IMG/VR virus record: IMGVR_UViG_3300010344_000600 | Location: 1 to 64,000 of that record | Reading direction: 5' to 3' (one strand) | Length of the DNA stretch: 64,000 nt | From: a virus | Taxonomy: Duplodnaviria > Caudoviricetes | Part shown: piece by piece, positions 53,154 through 61,533 of the stretch | Position numbering within the stretch: position 1 is the stretch's first letter | Layout: every line of letters begins with the position of its first letter | Notes under the pieces: generated by a model | Told to the model about the DNA's origin: nothing | What the model saw: the letters and a program-made list of their open reading frames with translations, nothing else | Database searches by the model: none | Position numbers and translations under genes: made by a program

Positions 53154-54303
53154 AAATATCAAGCCAAGCTTTTTCATGAACGAAATTCTTGGAGAGGCAG
53201 ACCCCGTAATAGGGCTTTTGTTTATCGGGTTGTGGTGCCTAGCAGATAGGGAAGGCCGGCTAGAAGATCGCCCAAGGAAGATAAAGGCAGAGCTACTTCC
53301 TTATCGTGATGGTTTGAACGTTGACGAGATGCTCTCATTTCTTGCTCATCATGAGCTCATCATGAGGTACGAAATAGAAGGAATTAAGTACATTCAGATC
53401 AGCAAATTCTCAAAACATCAAACACCGCACCATCTGGAAGTTCCGAGTGTCATCCCGCCCCCAGAAGGCGAGGAAAACAAACTGAATCACACGCCAATCG
53501 GTGTTCCGCAGCGCAGAAGAATTTATGAACGCGACGGATATAAATGTGTTCTTTGCGGGGCTGTTGACAACCTGTCTATAGACCACATAAAGCCCGTGTC
53601 TAAAGGCGGTGACAGCAGTGATGAGAACTTGAGAACGTTATGCAAACCATGTAATTCAAGCAAAGGAAACAGGGAAAAAGCAAGTAAAAAACATGAGCAC
53701 AAGATGAGATCATCTAAAGCTCATGATGGCCAGAGCGGTTCTTATCCCACTGATTCCGGATACCTGATACCTGATTCACTGATACCTGATTCACTGATTC
53801 CGAGGTTTACCCCTACGCCGGAGCTTTCGACTCCAGAGACAAAACCCCTACCGGCCGGCTCGCCGTCCGGACTGGAAAACCTGCCTGCGGTGATCGAACC
53901 ACCCCCGCCTCCAGCCACTCTCCCCGAAGATACCGAGTTGCAAGCCGCCTGCAAGCGAACCTGGGCGGCCTACTCCCAAGCCTATACCAAACGCCACGGC
54001 GCAGAGCCCCTCAAGAACGCGACAGTGCGCAGCCAGATCAAGCAGTTCGTGCAACGAGTCGGGCAAGCAGAGGCGCCGATGATTGCCGCCTTCTACGTCG
54101 GCCACAACTCGCGCAACTATGTCGCCAAGAAACACGCGGTTGGCCTGTTGTTGGCTAATGCCGAGACGCTGCACACCGAATGGGTGACCAACAACCCCGG
54201 CACGCAGGCACAGGCGACACAAGCCGACCGCACGCAAGCGAACTTCAACGCCGCCGAAGAGGCAAAACTGATTCTGGGAAGGATGCTCAGCAATGAGCCA
54301 TAA
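53140..54303 (+). CDS. Phage replication initiator (O-like) with an internal HNH domain
   Basis: MARARNIKPSFF.NE..LFIGLW.LADREGRL.D N-terminus; HNH at ~53500-53673; internal LIPDS repeats; C-terminal helical domain. Confidence 0.8.
   Translation: MARARNIKPSFFMNEILGEADPVIGLLFIGLWCLADREGRLEDRPRKIKAELLPYRDGLNVDEMLSFLAHHELIMRYEIEGIKYIQISKFSKHQTPHHLEVPSVIPPPEGEENKLNHTPIGVPQRRRIYERDGYKCVLCGAVDNLSIDHIKPVSKGGDSSDENLRTLCKPCNSSKGNREKASKKHEHKMRSSKAHDGQSGSYPTDSGYLIPDSLIPDSLIPRFTPTPELSTPETKPLPAGSPSGLENLPAVIEPPPPPATLPEDTELQAACKRTWAAYSQAYTKRHGAEPLKNATVRSQIKQFVQRVGQAEAPMIAAFYVGHNSRNYVAKKHAVGLLLANAETLHTEWVTNNPGTQAQATQADRTQANFNAAEEAKLILGRMLSNEP
53749..53802 (+). repeat. Tandem repeats inside the O-like gene (candidate lytic-origin iterons)
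   Basis: TACCTGA, then TACCTGATTCACTGA x2, flanked by ACTGATTCCG copies. Confidence 0.6.
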
Positions 54304-54982
54304 GTCGCCCTCTGCGCAGGACGAGGTGATCGCGGCAATTGCCGTCGCTGCGGAGTTGACGCAAACGACCATGAGCGCGGTGGCCATGGCGGTGCTGGCG
54401 CGCGACCTGATCCGCTTCTATCCGGTGTCGCGCATCCTGGCGGCGCTCGATCGCTGCCGGCGCGAACTGAAGTATCCGATGCGTCAGTCCGATGTCGAGC
54501 AGTTCATCCATACCGACGACGGACGGCCAGGGCCTGACGAAGCATGGGGTATCGTGACGGCTGCCTTTGACGAAGCGGTAACGGTGGTGACCAACGGCGA
54601 GATACAGGAGGCCATGGCCACCGCGAAGCCGGTCATGGACGGCGGCGACAAGATCGGCGCGCGGCGCACGTTCATCGAAACCTATTCGCGGATCATCAAG
54701 CACGCCCGCGATAACCGCTTTCAGCCGCCCAAGTGGTTTGTTTCGCTAGGGGATGACAAGTCGGGCCGTGCTGAACCGGTGCGCAAGGCGGTAGAGCAAG
54801 GGCTGTTGAGCCGGGAGCAGGCGGCGGTCTACCTGCCGTCGCCAGTGATCGACGAGGATGCGCGGTGCGGCGCGGCGATCGCTGGATTGCTGACGGGAAA
54901 GGTCGTTGAGTTTCCCAAGGACCCGGCGATCCGTGCGCGGCTGGCCAAGATGGCGGATGTGCTGAAGGCGGGGAAGCGATGA
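54293..54982 (+). CDS. Putative helicase loader/replication protein (P-like)
   Basis: Follows the O-like gene; AL.RCRREL...DGRPGPDEAW motif typical of this position. Confidence 0.55.
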   Translation: MSHKSPSAQDEVIAAIAVAAELTQTTMSAVAMAVLARDLIRFYPVSRILAALDRCRRELKYPMRQSDVEQFIHTDDGRPGPDEAWGIVTAAFDEAVTVVTNGEIQEAMATAKPVMDGGDKIGARRTFIETYSRIIKHARDNRFQPPKWFVSLGDDKSGRAEPVRKAVEQGLLSREQAAVYLPSPVIDEDARCGAAIAGLLTGKVVEFPKDPAIRARLAKMADVLKAGKR

Positions 54983-56790
54983 ACTACCTCAGCGTCTGCT
55001 CTGGAATCGAAGCCGCGACGTGCGCATGGCGTCCGCTTGGGTGGAAGCCGTTCGCCTTTTCGGAGATCGAACCCTTCCCCAGTCTGGTTCTCGATCACCA
55101 CTACCCAGACGTGCCGAATCTGGGCGACATGACAAAGTTCAAGGAGTGGCCTGATGCAACTATCGATGTTCTCGTTGGAGGAACTCCATGTCAGTCATTT
55201 AGCATCGCCGGAATGCGAAAAGGACTGGATGACCCGCGTGGCAACCTCATGCTTACCTACGGTGCCATTGCTGCAAAGTATCGGCCCCGATGGCTGGTAT
55301 GGGAGAACGTCCCCGGCGTCCTGTCGAGTAACAGAGGGCGAGATTTTGGAACCTTCCTCGGGATGCTGGTGAACCTCGGGTATGGGTTCGCCTACCGGGT
55401 TCTTGACGCTCAATACGCCGGCCTGGCACAGCGACGCCGCCGTGTGTTCGTTGTCGGACATCTTGGAGACTGGCGACGTGCCGCAGCGGTACTTTTTGAG
55501 CGCCACAGCCTGTCGGGGAATCCTGCGCCGAGCCGAGAAAAGGGGAAAGGAGCTTCCGGAAGCGCTGATGGATGCATTGTTGGCAGTATCTGCGCAGATA
55601 GCCACCCCGGATCATACAGCGGACAAGATGCATACACCGGACGCTTTATCTGCCATTCGCTTCGTGGCGAAGGTTTCGACGCCAGCGAAGACGGGACCGG
55701 CCGCGGAACTCCTTTGATTGCCATTCAAGGCTCGATGATCGGTCGATCTGAGCTATCTGGACCGGCCGGTCCAGGATGGTCTGACGATGGCGTGAGTTTT
55801 ACCCTTACCAAGACTGACCAGCACGCTGTCGCCTTCGCGCAAAACCAGCGAGACGAAGTGCGGTTGATGGACGTGGCTGGATCTCTGGCCGCTGAACCGG
55901 GGGCGAAGCAGCAAACCTACGTAAAGGGAGGAATGAAGGTGCGCCGGCTGACGCCAAAAGAGTGTGAAAGATTGCAGGGCTTTAATCCGGTTCTGGATAT
56001 TGTGAGGATCGAAGGATGTTTCGACCATCAAAAGAAAAATGCGACTGTGGAAATACAAAGTCACAGGTTGCAAAGCAGTGCTTGGAATGCCGCCGAAAGC
56101 GATTATCTGAAATTTGCCAATACTGCGGCAAAGAATTCTATTACGCGCCAAGCCGGAAAAGGGTTACATGTAGCCCTGTATGCGCATCAATGCTTCGAGG
56201 CAAATCCTCTGGTGTTACTCAGATCAGACGGCGCGTTGAAATCAAGTGCGAGCAGTGCGGAAAAACGCAATTGGTCCCGAAGTCTTATCAAGGAAGAAGA
56301 TTTTGCAGCGTCAATTGCTCTGCATTGGGAAAGTCTGGTGAAAAAAACCACTCATGGAAAGGCGGAATTACAGCAAAGCATCAGTCTTTCTTTTCTGGAC
56401 GAGAGTGGAAAAGCAAGTGCAGAGAAGTATGGAGAAGGGAGCGAGGCAAGTGCCAGCGCTGCGGATATCGATGTGATAAGGGAGAGGTTCATCACGTCGC
56501 ATCTTGGGCGCGTAACGCCGACTTGCGACTCACCGAAAGCAACCTCGCTCTGCTCTGTTATCCGTGCCATAAGTTTGTTCATTCCAAACGAAACATCAGC
56601 CGAGAGTTTCTGCTTCGACCTCGTTCTTGAGCGCGACTACACAAACATCCTCGTTCGCGGAAAGCCTGCTGCCGATGGGCCGAGATACAAGGCTTTGGGG
56701 AATAGTTTTGCGGTCCCTGTGGTTCGGTGGATAGGTCAAAGAATCCAACAAGTGGAGGATGCATGTTCATCTGCAAAAGCTGCGGTATAG
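54979..56790 (+). CDS. C5-cytosine DNA methyltransferase with a ~216-codon in-frame insert
   Basis: Motif I SVCSGIEA, IV GGTPCQSFS, VI WENVPG, VIII QRRRRVF, IX RRLTPKECERLQGF, X RYKALGNS.AVPV. Confidence 0.9.
   Translation: MNYLSVCSGIEAATCAWRPLGWKPFAFSEIEPFPSLVLDHHYPDVPNLGDMTKFKEWPDATIDVLVGGTPCQSFSIAGMRKGLDDPRGNLMLTYGAIAAKYRPRWLVWENVPGVLSSNRGRDFGTFLGMLVNLGYGFAYRVLDAQYAGLAQRRRRVFVVGHLGDWRRAAAVLFERHSLSGNPAPSREKGKGASGSADGCIVGSICADSHPGSYSGQDAYTGRFICHSLRGEGFDASEDGTGRGTPLIAIQGSMIGRSELSGPAGPGWSDDGVSFTLTKTDQHAVAFAQNQRDEVRLMDVAGSLAAEPGAKQQTYVKGGMKVRRLTPKECERLQGFNPVLDIVRIEGCFDHQKKNATVEIQSHRLQSSAWNAAESDYLKFANTAAKNSITRQAGKGLHVALYAHQCFEANPLVLLRSDGALKSSASSAEKRNWSRSLIKEEDFAASIALHWESLVKKTTHGKAELQQSISLSFLDESGKASAEKYGEGSEASASAADIDVIRERFITSHLGRVTPTCDSPKATSLCSVIRAISLFIPNETSAESFCFDLVLERDYTNILVRGKPAADGPRYKALGNSFAVPVVRWIGQRIQQVEDACSSAKAAV
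55154..55717 (+). CDS. Overprinted +1-frame ORF resembling M.EcoHK31I polypeptide beta; internal TGA at 55370-55372, possible restart at ATG 55382
   Basis: W*TSGMG..., CSLSDILET..FLS..ACRGILRRAEKRGKELPEAL matches the recalled beta pattern (WSNSGM..CTLSQVLET..RAKERGQMLPEPL). Confidence 0.55.
56016..56630 (+). CDS. HNH homing endonuclease overprinted (+2 frame) inside the C5-MTase gene
   Basis: TGAGGA RBS; Cys repeats C..CGKEF..PS..CS..C; GEKNHSWKGG; C..CG..EVHH..NLALLC..CH..H. Confidence 0.85.
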   Translation: MFRPSKEKCDCGNTKSQVAKQCLECRRKRLSEICQYCGKEFYYAPSRKRVTCSPVCASMLRGKSSGVTQIRRRVEIKCEQCGKTQLVPKSYQGRRFCSVNCSALGKSGEKNHSWKGGITAKHQSFFSGREWKSKCREVWRRERGKCQRCGYRCDKGEVHHVASWARNADLRLTESNLALLCYPCHKFVHSKRNISREFLLRPRS

Positions 56791-57356
56791 AAAAACCGTG
56801 CTCTGACTACCGTATCCACAAAAAAGGCTATCGAATCGGCAAGTGCCGCGAGTGTGAGCGCGCATATCAGAGGGAATTTTCACGGCGCGACCCAGAGAAA
56901 TATAGGGAGCGTAAGCGCCAGTCAATGGCAAAGATACGGGCCGCAGACCCGGAGGCTGCGCGCGCTTATAGTCGTGAATACCATCACGCAAACCGCGAAC
57001 ATCAACTAGCGAAGATGCGCGAGTACCAATCAAGGCGGTTCTTCTGGTCGCGCGCTAAGAAGTGCCTAGGCGCTACGGTACATGCAGCAGAATTATCCAA
57101 ACTTTGGAAGATACAGCGCGGACGCTGCGCTCTAACTGGACGGAGGCTTGATAGAACGGCGCAAGTTGATCACAAAATTCCGCGCGCTAAAGGTGGGAAG
57201 GACGAAATTGAAAATCTTCGATGGGTTTGCGCTGAAATAAATTATGCGAAGCGCGACATGTCAGACGATGAATTGCTTGATATGTGCTTGGATTGCATGT
57301 CTTGGATAGGCCGCAGGATTGCGATGGTTGATGCGCGGAAGGATGAAAAGTCATGA
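56763..57356 (+). CDS. HNH endonuclease
   Basis: GGAGG RBS; N-terminal C..C..C..C, LW..Q.GRCALTG..VDH.IPR.KGG...NLRWVC..IN.AK. Confidence 0.85.
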   Translation: MFICKSCGIEKPCSDYRIHKKGYRIGKCRECERAYQREFSRRDPEKYRERKRQSMAKIRAADPEAARAYSREYHHANREHQLAKMREYQSRRFFWSRAKKCLGATVHAAELSKLWKIQRGRCALTGRRLDRTAQVDHKIPRAKGGKDEIENLRWVCAEINYAKRDMSDDELLDMCLDCMSWIGRRIAMVDARKDEKS

Positions 57357-57892
57357 GCCGCATAACCCTTGTTCGCAGTGCCGACCCAATGCCCGGGGAG
57401 CCCATCCTCGTGGCGGTGCGCGGATTCCTGTTCGGCTTGTTCGATGGCTGGAACAAGGACGACAAGATCGGCTGGCGAAAATTATGGGCGCGCTTGTTGG
57501 CGCTGGCGCCGGGGGAGTTTGCGGTTGTTGAGTTTGTAATTCCCAGAAATGCAAAGTTTCACCGAAAGTTTTTCTCAATGCTGAACTTCGCTTTCGATTC
57601 ATGGGAGCCAAAGCGGACGCGGAAAACCTACAAGGGAAAAGAGGTAGTCAAGAACTTCGAGCGATTCCGCAAAGACGTTTTGATTATGGCCGGGTTCTAT
57701 GACCAGACGTTCGATCTGCGGGGAAACATGAAGCTTGAGGCGCACAGCATTAGTTTTTCAAGCATGGATGACGCGGAGTTTGAGCAGGTCTATTCCGCTG
57801 TTGCAACGGTGATTATTGAGCATGTTCTGACGGGCTACTCCGGCCGCGAAGAGTTTGATCGTGTTGTCGAGAAGATGATGGGGTATCTATGA
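57353..57892 (+). CDS. DUF1367/NinB-region family protein
   Basis: PRN.KFHRKFF.ML.FAFD.WEP, FRK...I.AGFY, SISF..MDD.EF..VY.AV. Confidence 0.75.
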   Translation: MSRITLVRSADPMPGEPILVAVRGFLFGLFDGWNKDDKIGWRKLWARLLALAPGEFAVVEFVIPRNAKFHRKFFSMLNFAFDSWEPKRTRKTYKGKEVVKNFERFRKDVLIMAGFYDQTFDLRGNMKLEAHSISFSSMDDAEFEQVYSAVATVIIEHVLTGYSGREEFDRVVEKMMGYL

Positions 57893-58524
57893 AGTTGGAA
57901 GACTTTTCTGGACAGCGTTTTGGCAGGCTTTCTGTGATTTCAAGAACTGAGAAAGGAGGGAAGTATGTTCGCTGGTCTTGTGTGTGCGATTGCGGGAACT
58001 TCGCCACTGTTTCATCGACGCATCTGAAAACTGGCCATACCAAAAGCTGCGGCTGTGTTCGCAACGAGATTGCTTCCGACCGAGCAAGATCAATGGCCAA
58101 GCATGGCATGTGGAATACGCCAGAGTGGAATTGCTGGAAGGCAATGAAAGACAGATGCCTTCGGAAAACTCACAGCAAATACCATCTTTACGGAGGGCGA
58201 GGGATAACGGTTTGCCAAGTGTGGATTGATTCATTTGATATGTTTTTTGCTCACATAGGCCATCGTCCAGGTCCGTCTCATTCAATCGACAGGATCGACT
58301 CAAGCAATGGATATGAACCAGGAAATGTTCGATGGGCAGACAATTTCCAACAAAACAACAACAAGCGAAACAACGTAACAATTGAGGTTGACGGTGTTTC
58401 GATGACTGCCGCCGAGTTGTCTCGGCGCTTTGGGATAACTCACCGCGCGGCTGTTTACAGGATTCGGAATGGCTTGCCGATTGGGGGAGAAAATGAGAAT
58501 CGACCAACCTCCGACCGCGTGTGA
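57889..58524 (+). CDS. HNH-type homing endonuclease (GQRFGRL/CDCG/YGGRGI family)
   Basis: G.RFGRL.V..W.C.CDCG..KSCGC, W..MK.RC..YGGRGITVC..SIDRID...YEPGN.RWA..Q.NNKRNN. Confidence 0.85.
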   Translation: MKLEDFSGQRFGRLSVISRTEKGGKYVRWSCVCDCGNFATVSSTHLKTGHTKSCGCVRNEIASDRARSMAKHGMWNTPEWNCWKAMKDRCLRKTHSKYHLYGGRGITVCQVWIDSFDMFFAHIGHRPGPSHSIDRIDSSNGYEPGNVRWADNFQQNNNKRNNVTIEVDGVSMTAAELSRRFGITHRAAVYRIRNGLPIGGENENRPTSDRV

Positions 58525-58621
58525 TGCCTATCACGCGCATGCTGCGCCGTATTTGTGGCGGCACTTGGGCGACGGGTCGCACGAAATGATCAACCAGATT
58601 CTTGAGGGGTTCAACGAATGA
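58493..58621 (+). CDS. Small ORF, 42 aa, not in the ORF track
   Basis: GGGAG RBS; ATGA overlap with the next gene. Confidence 0.4.
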   Translation: MRIDQPPTACDAYHAHAAPYLWRHLGDGSHEMINQILEGFNE

Positions 58622-58905
58622 GCAGCTTGTGGATGGGCTTGATCGCCCAAGTCCCTTGTGTCGTCTGTGCGCAGATGGGGGTGGAGTCGCCATCAGTGGT
58701 GCATCACATGCGCGACGGAAACCTCGGCAAGCGAGAGTCAGACCACCTGACGATAGCGCTTTGCCCGGAGCACCACGTTGGCGACTACTCGATCCACAAA
58801 GACCGAGACCGCTTCGAGCGCCAATTTGGGCGCGAAATTCTGCTGCTGGCCGAGACGGTCAAGGGTGTTGAGCGCATCCTGAAGCGCCAGGGAGTGCGGG
58901 CATGA
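58618..58905 (+). CDS. Ref/DUF968-like HNH-fold nuclease
   Basis: PCVVC...HH.R..G.R..D.LT..LC.EHH.G. Confidence 0.65.
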   Translation: MSSLWMGLIAQVPCVVCAQMGVESPSVVHHMRDGNLGKRESDHLTIALCPEHHVGDYSIHKDRDRFERQFGREILLLAETVKGVERILKRQGVRA

Positions 58906-59246
58906 CGCGCGCCATGTATGCTCTAGGCCGGCTTAAACAAGGCCAGATGAACAAGACAGAAATGGCTTATGCGAATCATCTTGAGTTGTTAAAGCAATCT
59001 GGACACGTCGCCTGGTTCAAGTTCGAGGGAATAAAACTACGCTTGGCAGACAACACTTTCTATTCACCTGATTTTGCAGTGATGTTAGTGAGCGGTGTTT
59101 TGCAGATGCACGAAGTAAAAGGGTTTTGGCAAGATGATGCAAAAGTGAAGATAAAGGTAGCTGCAGATATCTACCCAATCGAATTTATTGCTGTTAAAGC
59201 CAAAGCAAAGAAAGATGGCGGCGGATGGGATGTTGAGTTGTTTTAA
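58902..59246 (+). CDS. DUF1064-like PD-(D/E)XK nuclease
   Basis: MNKTE..Y..L..LRLADNTFY.PDF.V..HEVKGFW.DDA.VKIKVAA. Confidence 0.75.
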   Translation: MTRAMYALGRLKQGQMNKTEMAYANHLELLKQSGHVAWFKFEGIKLRLADNTFYSPDFAVMLVSGVLQMHEVKGFWQDDAKVKIKVAADIYPIEFIAVKAKAKKDGGGWDVELF

Positions 59247-59260
59247 GTCGGGAATAAATC

Positions 59261-60340
59261 ATGGAAAGAAAACCAAAAGAACCGAATTGTGTTTGCAAAA
59301 CTTGCAGCAAGCCATTCCGAGTTCCTCCATCACAGATAAGAGCAGGAAGAAAGTATTGCTCGGTATCGTGCGTGCCATCATCCGGAGAGAATAACCACAA
59401 TTGGAAGGGTGGTATGGCGGACCGCACTTGCGAATGGTGTGGAGTTAGGTTTGAAACCAAGCAAAATACTGTTCGGCGCGGACACGGAAAGTTTTGTTCA
59501 AAGAAATGTACTCTTAAAGCAACTGGCCAGAATATTTCTGATAGCGCTAGAAATAAGCGGGTAATTAGAAATTGCGAGGTGTGTCGAAAAGAAATAAGTA
59601 TTAAGCCCAGTCACGCAGGATTTGAAGGTAAATATTGCTCACGTTCATGTATGGCCGTCGCCTACAAATATCGGTTTACGGGAGTCGATAATCCAAACCA
59701 TAGGCACGGAAGATCAGGAGAAAAGCGCCTGCTGCGCGGCATGTACATGGACAAGGATATTGTCAGGCTGTGGGTTCGGCAGCGCGGGGGTTGTGCTATG
59801 TGCGACGCATCTCTTGATCGTGACGGAATGCACCGTGACCACATCATACCGATAGCACGCGGAGGAAGTAACTTTATTGGGAATATTCAGTTGCTGTGCG
59901 CTCAGTGCAATCTACGTAAGGGGTCGCTGCTTCCAGTCGAGTATCGATACAGGTCAGGAGTTCGTAGCAAGGAGTTTGAATTGTCAAAACTTCTGTCTTG
60001 GGTTCAAGTGCTAGATGTTGAAATACCAGAGTTGCGGATGATGCGCCGCATGTCTTTTTCTGGAAATATCCAACAACAAGCTTTTTCCAAACAATCCACC
60101 ATTGGATTAAGCGCTGGAGTTCCTGATTTGAACTTGCCGACCGCGCGGGCCGGGTTCCATGGTCTGTATCTGGAAATGAAGGTCGGGCGCAACAAGCCGA
60201 GCGAAGCGCAAATCGAGTGGATCAATGATCTGGAAAACGCCGGCTATGCCTGCTATGTGTGCTATGGCTGGATGGCAGCGGCGAGGGTGATCAAGGATTA
60301 TCTGGAGGGTAGGCCGGTGGCGGGAAGGACACAGCGATGA
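59261..60340 (+). CDS. HNH endonuclease fused to a C-terminal VRR-NUC domain
   Basis: Three C..C..F..CS..C repeats, C..C..DHIIP..GG.N..N.QLLC..CN..K, then GVPDL..GLYLEMK..Q.EW..L..GY. Confidence 0.8.
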   Translation: MERKPKEPNCVCKTCSKPFRVPPSQIRAGRKYCSVSCVPSSGENNHNWKGGMADRTCEWCGVRFETKQNTVRRGHGKFCSKKCTLKATGQNISDSARNKRVIRNCEVCRKEISIKPSHAGFEGKYCSRSCMAVAYKYRFTGVDNPNHRHGRSGEKRLLRGMYMDKDIVRLWVRQRGGCAMCDASLDRDGMHRDHIIPIARGGSNFIGNIQLLCAQCNLRKGSLLPVEYRYRSGVRSKEFELSKLLSWVQVLDVEIPELRMMRRMSFSGNIQQQAFSKQSTIGLSAGVPDLNLPTARAGFHGLYLEMKVGRNKPSEAQIEWINDLENAGYACYVCYGWMAAARVIKDYLEGRPVAGRTQR

Positions 60341-60741
60341 AAACGGCTACGGAAAGCAGGGACTTATCCGTCCGTCCCGAAGAAAGCCTCATGGGAACGC
60401 TGCCAAACGAGTGGGTGCGCAGTCACTTTGCGCAGTGCGTGATGGAATGGGCACGCACTCAGATCGCCCTTCCCGAACTATCTGCGGGTCTGCTGTATGG
60501 TCCGGGTGGCGATGGCCCTGACCTGATCCTGTTCGCGCACGGATGTGGGTTGTTCGTCTATTTCACAACCCGTGAGGCAAACGATCTTCCCGAGCCGGTG
60601 CACTGCTGGGTGAATCGCTGGGCGGCGGCCGGCGCACCGAGAGCCGCGACCTTTGCAACCAGTTCCGTATTCGGCGCGTGTTCGCTGCTCGTCGATCACC
60701 TGCAGCCGCATCTGCTGGACATCGAAGGGTGGGCACACTGA
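60337..60741 (+). CDS. Degenerate VRR-NUC-like protein
   Basis: EWA...PEL...PDL.L..GLF.YF pattern with the E-x-K residues missing. Confidence 0.4.
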   Translation: MKTATESRDLSVRPEESLMGTLPNEWVRSHFAQCVMEWARTQIALPELSAGLLYGPGGDGPDLILFAHGCGLFVYFTTREANDLPEPVHCWVNRWAAAGAPRAATFATSSVFGACSLLVDHLQPHLLDIEGWAH

Positions 60742-61028
60742 TGCGCTGCCCATCCTGCAATGGACAATCCATGGTGCTGGAGCGTCGTGGCCAGCGTCGG
60801 CGGCGGCAATGCCTGAAGTGCGGTAGGCGCTGGACGACGATGGAATCCTTGGTCGGCATCAAGCCGGTCTCGCTTCCGCCCGTGCTAGCCAAGCTAAGCA
60901 CGCAATCCAAGCCAGTCAGGCGTTTAATACGGCAGGAATCCAAGCCGATCGACGATGCCCCTGACGATCCGAGCGACGTCGACGAATACCTGCATAGCAA
61001 CTTACCGGAGCTTTTCAATGGACGCTGA
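60741..61028 (+). CDS. NrdR-like zinc-ribbon protein
   Basis: MRCPSC..S.V.E.R..RRRRQC.KCG.R.TT.E; TGATG coupling. Confidence 0.7.
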   Translation: MRCPSCNGQSMVLERRGQRRRRQCLKCGRRWTTMESLVGIKPVSLPPVLAKLSTQSKPVRRLIRQESKPIDDAPDDPSDVDEYLHSNLPELFNGR

Positions 61029-61533
61029 TTACGTACCGCCCTCTGCCGTCGAGCGCCTGGCCGTCGCCCGGTGGACGGACGACCTGACGGTCAAGAAATG
61101 CCGTTGTGACGTGGACGTGCTGATTGCGGCTGGCTTTGCGGCGCTGCGCACCAATCTCGGCGCGGCGGCGCTGGTCAATCTGCGGTTTTCGCTGACGCCC
61201 GGTGACTGGGCGCTGGCGCTGGACCGGGCAACGGAACTGGCGCAGCGCATCAGCCATGCCGAGAAATGGCACTTCGAGGATCGGCAGATCCTGGCGCTGG
61301 CCAGAGCCGCGCTCAAGCATTTTCTGGTACCGGTGTGCCCGGAATGCCGCGGGCAGCGCTTCGAGGAAATCCCCGGCACGCGCCGGCTGGGTAAAACCAC
61401 CTGCAAGGCGTGCCATGGGACCGGTGAGCGCCCGTTACCAAGGGAGTCGTCGCGCCAGATGCGCGCCATTCTCTCGTTGATGGAGCAGGATCAGGCGAAT
61501 GTGAATTCGGCGTTGAAGGGGGTGTTGCGGTGA
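61018..61533 (+). CDS. Antitermination protein Q-like (lambda-type zinc finger)
   Basis: CPECRG...C.AC.GTG near the C-terminus; position after the nin-like genes. Confidence 0.65.
   Translation: MDADYVPPSAVERLAVARWTDDLTVKKCRCDVDVLIAAGFAALRTNLGAAALVNLRFSLTPGDWALALDRATELAQRISHAEKWHFEDRQILALARAALKHFLVPVCPECRGQRFEEIPGTRRLGKTTCKACHGTGERPLPRESSRQMRAILSLMEQDQANVNSALKGVLR

Noticed and set aside
55984-56631. Group I intron or intein explanation for the MTase insert
   Set aside because: The HNH occupies 615 of ~648 bp, leaving no ribozyme core; the insert lacks an N-terminal C/S and a C-terminal HN followed by C/S/T
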